Made by a program: the position numbers and the translations under genes. From NCBI GenBank assembly GCA_965220745.1, contig CBDCQT010000012.1, positions 448,001 to 512,000 of the forward strand: a DNA stretch of 64,000 bases, in the 5' to 3' direction. Shown piece by piece: positions 50,208 to 58,625 of the stretch (position 1 is its first letter; every line of letters begins with the position of its first letter). The notes below the pieces were generated by a model. The model did no database searches. It saw only the letters and a program-made list of their open reading frames with translations, and was not told where the DNA came from. Origin of the DNA: Alphaproteobacteria bacterium. GTDB taxonomy: Bacteria > Pseudomonadota > Alphaproteobacteria > UBA828.

Positions 50208-50494
50208 GGTCGGTATATAATCCCCCAAAATTATCGCAACCACGGAAGCAGAGGCCCGCCCGCCCATCGATCTTGCTTGCCGTGACCCGCTCGCTCTCGC
50301 ACTGCGTCGCGCGGATACGCGCGCGGGAAAATAATCGAACCATCTCGCGATCCTGACGCAGTCACCGCGCCCTGTGCACCGCACCATGGTCCGGGGAGTC
50401 GGGAGGGGAGGAGTCCCACCATGTCTTGCCCGGACCAAGTCCGGCACGACGGCATGTGACAGCGATGGAATGGAGAGAGCGCCCCGGCTCTTCC

Positions 50495-50743
50495 CTAAAT
50501 GCAGTCAAAGTGGAAATGTTTGATGGTGCAGGCCTCGTCCTTGCATTGGACCTTGGTGGGCTGCGCGACCTTGCCGTGAACTGCGCATCCCCTCTCGGCT
50601 GCGCTCCACACCCTTTGCTCTTGGGTCAAGTAACCCGCCTTTATGACGATGTTGCCGCTGTCGAGGTGTTCGACGACCGACGCGAACTGAGCGCAACCGG
50701 CAACGGCCAAGGCGACGATCCCGACAACCAGCAGGCGTCTCAT
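50495..50743 (-). CDS. Small Cys-containing lipoprotein, unknown function
   Basis: GGGAGGG RBS; MRRLLVVGIVALAVAGC lipobox; four further Cys. Confidence 0.7.
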   Translation of the reverse strand: MRRLLVVGIVALAVAGCAQFASVVEHLDSGNIVIKAGYLTQEQRVWSAAERGCAVHGKVAQPTKVQCKDEACTIKHFHFDCI

Positions 50744-51018
50744 CGTTCCCTCCCTGCGTTGATCGCGCGCGCCTCGGACTTGCCGCCAAGGGTCGCAGAC
50801 GATGCGCGGCGCGTCAGGCTGGCCTCATGCTGCACCGCTCGCGCCGCTTACCACCATTATAGGGCTGTCCCTGGCCTCTCGTGTCCCGTTTTGAAGGGTC
50901 GCCGGACGCCGGATCGGCGTGCGCCCGCTCCACCAGTTACTCCCCCACACCGAGATGCCCGGACTTGCCCGGACTTGTTCCGGGTATCCGGGCGTCTCTT
51001 TCGACCAGTCCGACCGTG

Positions 51019-51110
51019 CGTGGGTGGGCACGTGGGTTGCGCGCCGGTCCGCGCGGTAAGTTATTGAAATGGCGTGATACGACGAGGTCGAATTCGCACG
51101 CCAAACAACA
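51019..51110. repeat. ~92-bp MITE-like repeat, inverted copy of 14709-14801
   Basis: 47/54 nt match over 51027-51080, plus shared CACGCCRAACAACA end; other terminus degenerate. Confidence 0.75.
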
Positions 51111-51119
51111 ATCGGGGAC

Positions 51120-52373
51120 TTACACGGCGGCCCAGTGGGAACCTTCGATCCCGCCGACCCGCCGGCCGGACTTGATGTGGATGCGCCGGCCGGGGAGGCG
51201 CCGCAGGACATCGACCAGGTTGGTCGCCTCGAACACCACCAGGTCGGCGGGGGAGCCTGCGGCAACCTCGGGCACAGGCGCGCCGATGATCTTCGCCGCC
51301 CGCGTGGTCACCATCTCGAAGCCCTCGCGGACCTCCTCGTCGAGCCTCATGCCGGCGCTGTGCACGGTCATGTAGGCGAGCTCCACCGGGTCCATCCGGT
51401 TGAAGCGATACCAGATGTCGTACATGTTGTCGGCGCCGGCGGCGACGTTGATGCCGGCGTCGAGCATCTCCTTCACCCGTGACGAGCCCCGGTTCTGGGG
51501 CGTCCGGCCCTCACCGCCCAGCATCTGGAGATTGGCGATCGGCAGCACGGTGACCGCCATGTCGGCGTCCAGCACCTTGTCGATCACCCGCGTCGCCTCC
51601 TCGTCGGGATAGACCGCGAGCGCGTTGCAGTGGCTGGCGACGACCCGGCCCTGCATGCCGTGGGCAACGGTGGCCTCGGCCAGCATCTCCAGCGTCTTGA
51701 GCTCGGCCCGGTCCATGTAGTCGGCGTGCATCTCCACGCCCACGTCGAACTCGGCGGCGAGGTCGAGCACCGTCTCGACGTGGGTGCGCTGGTCTTCCAC
51801 CGAAGCCTCGACTTCCGGCAGGCCGCCGACCGCTGCAGCGCCCATGCCGAGCGCCTCGCGCAGCAGCGCCGGCGCCTCCGGGTCCGCGACGATCCCTTCC
51901 TGGGGGAAGGCCACGAGGGTGACGTCGACGACGCCGGCGAAGCGATCGCGCGCGCGCATCACGCCTTCGAAGGAGACCAGCTTGGTTGCGAAGTCCACGT
52001 CGATCTGGGCGTGCAGGCGGCCGATGCCGTGGGCCGCGGCGAGCCTGAGGGCGGTGCTGGCGCGCTCCTCCACGTCGGCGAGGGTGAAATGGATCTTGGC
52101 CTCGCGGGCGCGGTCCAAGGCCTCCTGCGGCCCGCGCGCACCGAGCAGGTCGCGGCTCAGCACCTTGTCGATGTGGAAGTGGGGATCGACGAAGGAGGGC
52201 GTGACCAGCCCGCCGCGCGCGTCGACACGCGCCGCCGCGTGGCCGTCGAGGGTAGGCGCGACCGCCTCGATACGGCCGTCGCGGATGCCGATGGAGACCG
52301 GTACCGCATCATCGAGACGCACTGCGTCGTGAATGAGAAGGTCCCACTCGGGGCCCGGAGCCGCGTCCGTCAT
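51120..52373 (-). CDS. Amidohydrolase, cytosine/creatinine deaminase-like
   Basis: DPHFHIDK, AFPQEG, MHAD, ASHCNAL, GADNMYD. Confidence 0.88.
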   Translation of the reverse strand: MTDAAPGPEWDLLIHDAVRLDDAVPVSIGIRDGRIEAVAPTLDGHAAARVDARGGLVTPSFVDPHFHIDKVLSRDLLGARGPQEALDRAREAKIHFTLADVEERASTALRLAAAHGIGRLHAQIDVDFATKLVSFEGVMRARDRFAGVVDVTLVAFPQEGIVADPEAPALLREALGMGAAAVGGLPEVEASVEDQRTHVETVLDLAAEFDVGVEMHADYMDRAELKTLEMLAEATVAHGMQGRVVASHCNALAVYPDEEATRVIDKVLDADMAVTVLPIANLQMLGGEGRTPQNRGSSRVKEMLDAGINVAAGADNMYDIWYRFNRMDPVELAYMTVHSAGMRLDEEVREGFEMVTTRAAKIIGAPVPEVAAGSPADLVVFEATNLVDVLRRLPGRRIHIKSGRRVGGIEGSHWAAV

Positions 52374-52412
52374 GTCTCCTCCGCCGTCAATGATTTCGTC
52401 GAGGCCGCGCCG

Positions 52413-53618
52413 TTATTCCCAGTAGATCGGCGAGGTGGTGATGACCTCGACGCTGTCCTTGTGGACGATCAGGTTCTGCTCGAAGCCCACCGCGCCGACC
52501 CCCTCCCAGGCGAGGAAGGCCTCGGAACTGCAGACCATGTTCTCCTGGATGAGCTGGTCCTCGTCGCAGGTCGAAAGACCGTACATCGGATTTTCGAACA
52601 TCATGTCGCAGAGGTGGCCGTAGAGCGGCCATTGCAGGCCGGCCTGGTCGACCGTGTCGCCGCCGCCCGCTTCCCTGGTCAGCCGGTCGCCCTCGCGTGC
52701 GAGCTCGTGGGGTGAGACGCCGGGGCGGATCTTCGCCATCACGCCGTCGACGATGCCCATGCAGGCTTCCATCAGCTCGCGCTGGGTGTTGCTCGGCCGG
52801 CGCCCGCATACCGCCGTCCGCCCCGGGTCCAGAAAATACCCGTGCCGCATCGGCCCCATGATCCAGGCGCGCACGAAGTCGCCGTCTGCGGGCGCGGAAT
52901 CGGGATCGGCGCCGCTCAGCGGGTAGCGGCTAAAATTGTTCATCTCGTCGCCGGTGCCGTGGGAGAGGCGGATGATCGCGGGAATGCCGCCCCGGCGCAC
53001 CACTTCGGCGGCGCCGGCGGCCGCCGCCTCCGCTTCGGTCTGGCCTGAGACAAGGCCCTCCATGATGAGCGTCAGCGCGCGGCTCGCGATGTCGCCGGCC
53101 TCGCGAAAGACCTCCAGTTCGCGCGGGCTCTTGACGTGCTGCACCGACTTGACGAGGTCGTCCTCCGGGCACCAATCGATACGCGGGCACCATTCGCGCA
53201 GCCAGTCCATGTACTTGCAGGGCAGAAAGTCGGTGCCGACGATGGCGACCGGGCCGGTGATCCCCTGCGCGTTGAGCGCGTCCGCCGTGCCCCTGATTGG
53301 GTTCTGGTGCCAGTGCCAGTTGTCAGTTGCGAGCCAGTCCGCCGGCTCCAGGAGCTCGTCGTTGTGCAGCTCGGGCTCCCGGCCCGCGCGCATGATCACG
53401 GCGTTGTGGCCGCGCCCCTGCCAGAGGTTGTTGTCCGGCGTCTGGCCTGGGTGCCCCGAATAGTGGTTCACCAGCCAGAGCAGGTTGGCGCAGCGGTCGT
53501 AAGAGCTCGCGCCGCGCGACCAGATCACCGCCGTCTCGTAACCCCGGCGTGCCATCTCGGCATGAACCTTGGCCCAGCGCGCCTCGTATTCCTCTCTGGG
53601 AAAGACCTGGCTCGTCAT
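52413..53618 (-). CDS. M24 (creatinase/Xaa-Pro aminopeptidase fold) hydrolase
   Basis: FPREEYEARWAKV, VKSPRELE, GYFLDPGRT, YGH, GFEQN. Confidence 0.85.
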   Translation of the reverse strand: MTSQVFPREEYEARWAKVHAEMARRGYETAVIWSRGASSYDRCANLLWLVNHYSGHPGQTPDNNLWQGRGHNAVIMRAGREPELHNDELLEPADWLATDNWHWHQNPIRGTADALNAQGITGPVAIVGTDFLPCKYMDWLREWCPRIDWCPEDDLVKSVQHVKSPRELEVFREAGDIASRALTLIMEGLVSGQTEAEAAAAGAAEVVRRGGIPAIIRLSHGTGDEMNNFSRYPLSGADPDSAPADGDFVRAWIMGPMRHGYFLDPGRTAVCGRRPSNTQRELMEACMGIVDGVMAKIRPGVSPHELAREGDRLTREAGGGDTVDQAGLQWPLYGHLCDMMFENPMYGLSTCDEDQLIQENMVCSSEAFLAWEGVGAVGFEQNLIVHKDSVEVITTSPIYWE

Positions 53619-53723
53619 GGCCGCCCCCTTCGACCTGCCGTCGCGGAAGGTTACTTCCATCGGCGGCTTTCCACCAACCGGCCCGGGCGTTCCCGTTTGG
53701 CACGGAAACGCCCTCGCACTATT

Positions 53724-53863
53724 TCGCTCACGGCAGCCGGCCTATGGCCGGCGCCTCCGCGTCGCGCGTCCACGCGCGCTGGCGCGCGATGGCGCCGCAG
53801 GAGCGGCGGGCCGCAGTCGCGGCCTGTCGCGAGTCCGTCGAAGACGGACTCGCTCTACCGCTG
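53724..53863 (-). repeat. GC-rich multi-hairpin dispersed repeat, copy 2 (27 nt longer)
   Basis: Reverse complement matches 44456-44568 with an internal insertion. Confidence 0.8.
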
Positions 53864-54175
53864 CCTCCTCGACCACAGTCGGGCGCCGGGGCCATGCTGC
53901 TCGGCAACGGTGAACCGCTCGGCCGCAATCAGGGCGTCCAGCGCCTCCCGGAGTGAGCGGCCGGATACCAGGTACTTGCTGATCTTGCCGGGCGGGAGCG
54001 TCAGATCGCGCTGCTTGAGCGCGCCCGAGACATAAGCACGTATCTCGGCGAAGGAGCGGGGCTCGGCGAGGATCGGCGCGAGCAGCCCGTCAAATTCGTC
54101 GAGCCCAAGCGCCGTCTCCCATTCGACGGTGATCTTCTGCTCGAAGCTGTAGCTGCCTTCCAGCAGGATCGCATC
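53855..54175 (-). pseudogene. Start-less C-terminal gene fragment
   Basis: Protein-like frame DAILLEGSYSFEQKITVEWE...RLWSRRQR* with genome-typical codons; no credible start/RBS after the LysR stop. Confidence 0.45.
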
Positions 54176-54197
54176 GGGGCTCGGCCGGCCGGCCCGC

Positions 54198-55118
54198 CTA
54201 GCGCGCCGCGCCTGCGCCATGGGCCACCGCCTTGGGCCCCAGCACCTTCGTCCTGTTGAGCCTGCGGTCGAGCACCTCGACAATGGCGGCAGTCAGCGCG
54301 CGAATGGCGCCGGTCGCCCCGGCAGGATTCCAGAAGAGGCCGATATCGAAGTCGTCGAGAGCGGGCAGCTCCGGACAAGGCGGCAGCGGGCGGAGCGTGG
54401 GCGGCACGGTGCTCTGCGATATCGCCGTGAGACCGAGGCCGCTCTCGATCGCCGCCTGGTTGCCGGCGAGATTCGAGCTGGAATAGACGATCCTGTACGG
54501 GATGTCGCGGCGCCGCAGCGCGCTGAGCACGCGCAGTCGGTACTGGCAACCATCCGGGAAAAGGACCAGCGGGAGCGGGCGCCGTGCGCGCAGATCGTGG
54601 ATCTGGCTGCCGACCCAGGCCATCGGCTCGCGCCACTGATCCGTCAGGTGGGCGGTCGATCGGTCGTCGTGCACGGCCAGCACGACGTCGAACGCGTTCC
54701 GGGCGAGCCCGCCGACGAGGTCGCGGCTCAGCTCGCAGGTCACGTCGAGCGCAATGTCCGGGTGGGTCTCGGAGAACCGGCCAAGCAGCTGCGGCAGGAA
54801 CGAGAGCGCGAAGTCGCTGGGAATGCCGACGCGGATCGTCCCGGTCAGGATGCCGCCGTCCAGGCGGCCCACGCATTCGTCGTTCAACGCCACGATCTGC
54901 TTGGCATACTCGAGGACGATCTCGCCCTGCGGCGTGAGACCGAAGGACTTGCCCGAATTGGTGAGGATCGGAGAGCCGACGATCTGCAGCAGCCGCCGCA
55001 TCTGCAGGCTTACCGCCGACTGCGAGCGGCCGATCTCTTCGCCGGTGCGCGAGAAGCTCTGCGTCCGGTCCAGAACGAGCAGCGTTCTCAACAGGTCGAT
55101 CGGGAGGATGCGTTCCAT
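54198..55118 (-). CDS. LysR family transcriptional regulator
   Basis: LPIDLLRT...SFSRTGEEIGRSQSAVSLQMRRL; divergent from creatinase operon. Confidence 0.94.
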   Translation of the reverse strand: MERILPIDLLRTLLVLDRTQSFSRTGEEIGRSQSAVSLQMRRLLQIVGSPILTNSGKSFGLTPQGEIVLEYAKQIVALNDECVGRLDGGILTGTIRVGIPSDFALSFLPQLLGRFSETHPDIALDVTCELSRDLVGGLARNAFDVVLAVHDDRSTAHLTDQWREPMAWVGSQIHDLRARRPLPLVLFPDGCQYRLRVLSALRRRDIPYRIVYSSSNLAGNQAAIESGLGLTAISQSTVPPTLRPLPPCPELPALDDFDIGLFWNPAGATGAIRALTAAIVEVLDRRLNRTKVLGPKAVAHGAGAAR

Positions 55119-55126
55119 TCGTGCAT

Positions 55127-55143
55127 CATGAGCGGTGCTCATG
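55127..55143. promoter_or_regulatory. LysR-type T-N11-A palindromic operator
   Basis: CATGAGC-GGT-GCTCATG in the divergent intergenic region. Confidence 0.6.
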
Positions 55144-55261
55144 GAACTATATTGACTATTAATGCGGATAATCAATCGCACGGTGCTATTGGTGGTCGCT
55201 GCCGCCTCGTAAACTGACGGGATTCGTTGCCGAGAATGACAACAGTGTGGAGGGGGACGCC

Positions 55262-56500
55262 GTGACCGACACGGAGAGGATCACCACGCAGAAGGTCTGG
55301 AGCGTCGGCGAGATGCAACGGCGTCTGCGCAACCTGCACGCGCTGATGGACGAGCGATCGCTCGACGCCGTGATCCTGACCAGCCTTCACAACGTTCTCT
55401 ATTACACCGGGTTCTTCTGCCCGCCCTTCGGCCGGCTGCACTCTGCGGTGATCCCGAGGAATGGCGAGCCCGCGCTGATCGTCTCCCTCATCGAAGACGT
55501 CCGGCCCCGGCACTGCTGCTACTACGAGGACATCCGCCTCTTCCATGACTGGGAGATGAGCCCGCTCGAAAACAACCTGCGGCTCTTCGGCGAGGTGCTG
55601 CGCGACAACGGCATGGTGAGCGGCCGCCTGGGCTACGAGGAAGATTCGGTCTCGGTCGCGTTCAAGGCGATGATCGACCATGCGCTCGGCGGCTTCGAGT
55701 TCGCCGACGTGGCCTACGACACCATGCGCCAGCGCCTGGTCAAGTCGGAGGAGGAGATCGCCCTCATCCGGCAGGGCGTCAAGGTCTGCGAGGTCGGCGG
55801 CTACGCCGCGCTGGAGGCACTGAAGACGGGCGTGACCGAAGTCGAGATGGCGCGCGCCGCCAATTCCGCGATCGAGGACGAGCTCCGCCGGCGCTTCCCC
55901 GACATCGAGGTCGACAACGTCAACATGTGCTGGATTCAGACCGGCCCTTACCGCAGCCGCGTCGGCCACATCATGAACGCGCACCGGGTGGTGCAGAAGG
56001 GCGAGATGATCAGCGTGAACCCCTACGCGATCATCGGCGGCTACTACCACGTCCTCGAGCGCAGCCTCTATTGGGGGCACATCCCGGACGATGCGCTTGC
56101 GGTCTTCAAGACCAACGTCGAGGCGCATCACGCGGGGCTGCGGACGCTGCGCGCCGGCATCAAGTGCTCGGACGTCGACAAGGTGATCAACCCGATCTAC
56201 CGCGAAGCGGGCCTGCTGGAGGGGCGCTCCTTCGGCACCGGCCACTCGGTCGGCATCATGTGCATCTGGTACGGGCGCGAGGAGGGGGGCGAGCTGCGCC
56301 AGTACAACGACACGGTGCTCGAAGAGAACATGGTCGTGACCATGGAGCCGATGGTGAACGTCGACGGTCTCGGCGGCTTCCGCCACCACGACATCTGCCG
56401 CATCACCGCCGACGGCATCGAGAACCTCAACACCTTCCCGCGCGGCGTCCTGTTGGCGCAGGACGACGGGAGCCTGGAGGAGCTTTGGCTGCCTTCCTAG
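55262..56500 (+). CDS. Creatinase-like amidinohydrolase (M24 fold)
   Basis: LTSLHNVLYY, FGR, GYYHVLERS, RSFGTGHSVG, YGREEGGELR, MEPM, GGFRHHDI parallel creatinase motifs. Confidence 0.82.
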   Translation: MTDTERITTQKVWSVGEMQRRLRNLHALMDERSLDAVILTSLHNVLYYTGFFCPPFGRLHSAVIPRNGEPALIVSLIEDVRPRHCCYYEDIRLFHDWEMSPLENNLRLFGEVLRDNGMVSGRLGYEEDSVSVAFKAMIDHALGGFEFADVAYDTMRQRLVKSEEEIALIRQGVKVCEVGGYAALEALKTGVTEVEMARAANSAIEDELRRRFPDIEVDNVNMCWIQTGPYRSRVGHIMNAHRVVQKGEMISVNPYAIIGGYYHVLERSLYWGHIPDDALAVFKTNVEAHHAGLRTLRAGIKCSDVDKVINPIYREAGLLEGRSFGTGHSVGIMCIWYGREEGGELRQYNDTVLEENMVVTMEPMVNVDGLGGFRHHDICRITADGIENLNTFPRGVLLAQDDGSLEELWLPS

Positions 56501-56534
56501 ATTTGGCCGTCGGTCCGACGCAGCGAGCGGTGCG

Positions 56535-58595
56535 ATGACTGCCCGGCTTGCCGCGGACATCGGCGGCACCTTCACCGACCTGGTGCTGCTGGATCCCGGC
56601 GGCGGTGTGCATGTCGCGAAGACACTGTCGACGCCGGGCGATTTCAAGGAAGGCGTGCTGAGCGGCGTCGAGAGAATCCTGTCGGATGCCGGGACGGTGC
56701 GGGGGCAGGATATTGCGCTCGCCGACGTCGACTACTTCGTGCATGGCGCAACCGTCGTGCTCAACGCGCTGCTGGAGCGGAAGCTGCCGCAGGCTGCGCT
56801 GGTGACCACGGCAGGGTTTCGGGACGTGCTGGAGATCATGCGCACCAACAACCCCCGCATGTACGACCTCAAGTGGGTGAAGCCGAAGCCGATCATCCCG
56901 CGCCATCTGCGCTTCGAGGTCGCCGAGCGCGTCCGTCACACCGGCGAGGCGCTGTGTGCGCTGGACGAGGCGGGCACCCGCGAGGTCGCGCGCCGGATCG
57001 CGGAGCTCGGCATCCGCTCCGTCGCGCTCTGCTTCCTCCATGCCTACGCCAACCCGGACCATGAGCGCCGCGCCCGAAAGATTATTCTGGAGGAGCACCC
57101 GGAGGCGCACGTCACGATCTCGTCCGATGTCGCGAGCGAGCTGAGGGAGTTCGAGCGCACCTCGACGGTCGCGATCAACGCCAGCACGATCCCGATCATC
57201 TCGGCCTATCTGGACGGACTGTCGCGGGCGCTGAGCGACCGGGGCCTGGAGCGGGAGCTCTTCGTGATGCAGTCGAACGGCGGCGTCATCACGAGCCGGA
57301 CCGCCCGGTCGTTGCCGGTCCGCACCGTGATGTCGGGTCCGGCCGGCGGTGTCGTCGGCGCGCAGTTCATCGCGAACCGCATGGGCTTGCGCGACGTGGC
57401 GACCATCGACATCGGCGGCACCAGCAGCGACATGGGCGTCATTTCCGACGGCTTGGCGCGGACGGTCGACCAGAGCGCGGTCGAGGGCTGGCCGATCATG
57501 GCGCCCACCATCGAGATTCTGGCGATCGGCGCAGGCGGCGGCAGCATGGCCTGGGTCGATGAGGGCGGCGCCTTACGTGTCGGGCCGCAGAGTGCGGGCG
57601 CTCGGCCGGGGCCCGCCTGCTACGGTCTTGGCGGGGACGAGCCCACCGTCTCCGACGCCTGCGTCACCCTCAACCGGCTGAATCCGGACTACTTCCTCGC
57701 GGGCGAGATGGTGCTCGACCGCGCGGCTGCCGAGCGCGCCATCCGCGAGCGGATCGCCGAGCCCCTCGGGATGGACGTCGCCGAGGCCGCCGAAGGTATC
57801 CTCCGGGTCGTCACCGCCAACATGAACAAGGCGATCCGCTCGGTCCTGATCGCGCGGGGCTTCGACATCCGCCAGTTCACCCTCATGGCGTTCGGCGGCG
57901 CGGGCGGCATGGTGGCGGGCGAGCTGCTCCGCATCGGCGACGTGCAGCGGCTGGTCGTGCCCAGCAATCCCGGCGCCGTTTCGGCCATCGGAATGCTGGC
58001 CACCGACCTCCGGCACGACTTTGCGCAGTCTTCGGTGCAGTCCTTTGGCGATGTCGAGTGGGGCGAAGTCCGGCACGCCCTGCGTCATCTTCGAACGCTC
58101 GGCGCGGAACGGCTCCAAGCTGATGGCGTGGACGAAGCGGCAATGCACTTCGACGACGCGCTCGACCTGCGCTACGTCGGGCAGGACTATTACCTCCGCG
58201 TCTACGTCGATATCGACGCTCTCGACGGCGAGCGCATCCGGTCCGATTTCGATCGGCTGCACGAGCACACATACGGCTTCGCCAATCCGGAGTTCGAGGT
58301 CGAGATGGTCAACGCACGAGTCTTCGCCATCGGCGCATTCGAGCGGCCTCAGCTTCCGGAGATTGGTGCCCGTGGCTCGTCGGACGGCCCGCTCTCGCCG
58401 AAGGCGCGTCGTCCGGTGTTCTTCGACGGTGCGTTCGTGGAGACGGACATCTACGATGTGACGGCGCTCTGCGCCGACGATGCGATCGCCGGTCCTTGCG
58501 TCATCGAGGACCCGCGCTCGACAATTGTCGTCATGCCGGGCCAGAGCGCTGCGGTCGATCGGTTTCGCAATCTATCGATCGAGGTCGCGGCTTAG
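56535..58595 (+). CDS. N-methylhydantoinase A / 5-oxoprolinase subunit A family
   Basis: DIGGTFTD, HAYANP, REFERTST, SGPAGG, GAGGGS, VGPQSAGARPGPACY. Confidence 0.93.
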   Translation: MTARLAADIGGTFTDLVLLDPGGGVHVAKTLSTPGDFKEGVLSGVERILSDAGTVRGQDIALADVDYFVHGATVVLNALLERKLPQAALVTTAGFRDVLEIMRTNNPRMYDLKWVKPKPIIPRHLRFEVAERVRHTGEALCALDEAGTREVARRIAELGIRSVALCFLHAYANPDHERRARKIILEEHPEAHVTISSDVASELREFERTSTVAINASTIPIISAYLDGLSRALSDRGLERELFVMQSNGGVITSRTARSLPVRTVMSGPAGGVVGAQFIANRMGLRDVATIDIGGTSSDMGVISDGLARTVDQSAVEGWPIMAPTIEILAIGAGGGSMAWVDEGGALRVGPQSAGARPGPACYGLGGDEPTVSDACVTLNRLNPDYFLAGEMVLDRAAAERAIRERIAEPLGMDVAEAAEGILRVVTANMNKAIRSVLIARGFDIRQFTLMAFGGAGGMVAGELLRIGDVQRLVVPSNPGAVSAIGMLATDLRHDFAQSSVQSFGDVEWGEVRHALRHLRTLGAERLQADGVDEAAMHFDDALDLRYVGQDYYLRVYVDIDALDGERIRSDFDRLHEHTYGFANPEFEVEMVNARVFAIGAFERPQLPEIGARGSSDGPLSPKARRPVFFDGAFVETDIYDVTALCADDAIAGPCVIEDPRSTIVVMPGQSAAVDRFRNLSIEVAA

Positions 58596-58625
58596 GCCGC
58601 GCGGGGCGCCGGATCAGGGGGCACC

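Larger units (their letters stand above)
47066..50225 (-). mobile_element. Complete IS1595-family element with passenger genes (transporter IS)
   Basis: Perfect 24-bp IRs GGGGATTATATACCGACCTTGACA (47066-47089, 50202-50225); 8-bp direct repeat CAAAATTA at 47058-47065 and 50226-50233; single transposase. Confidence 0.95.
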
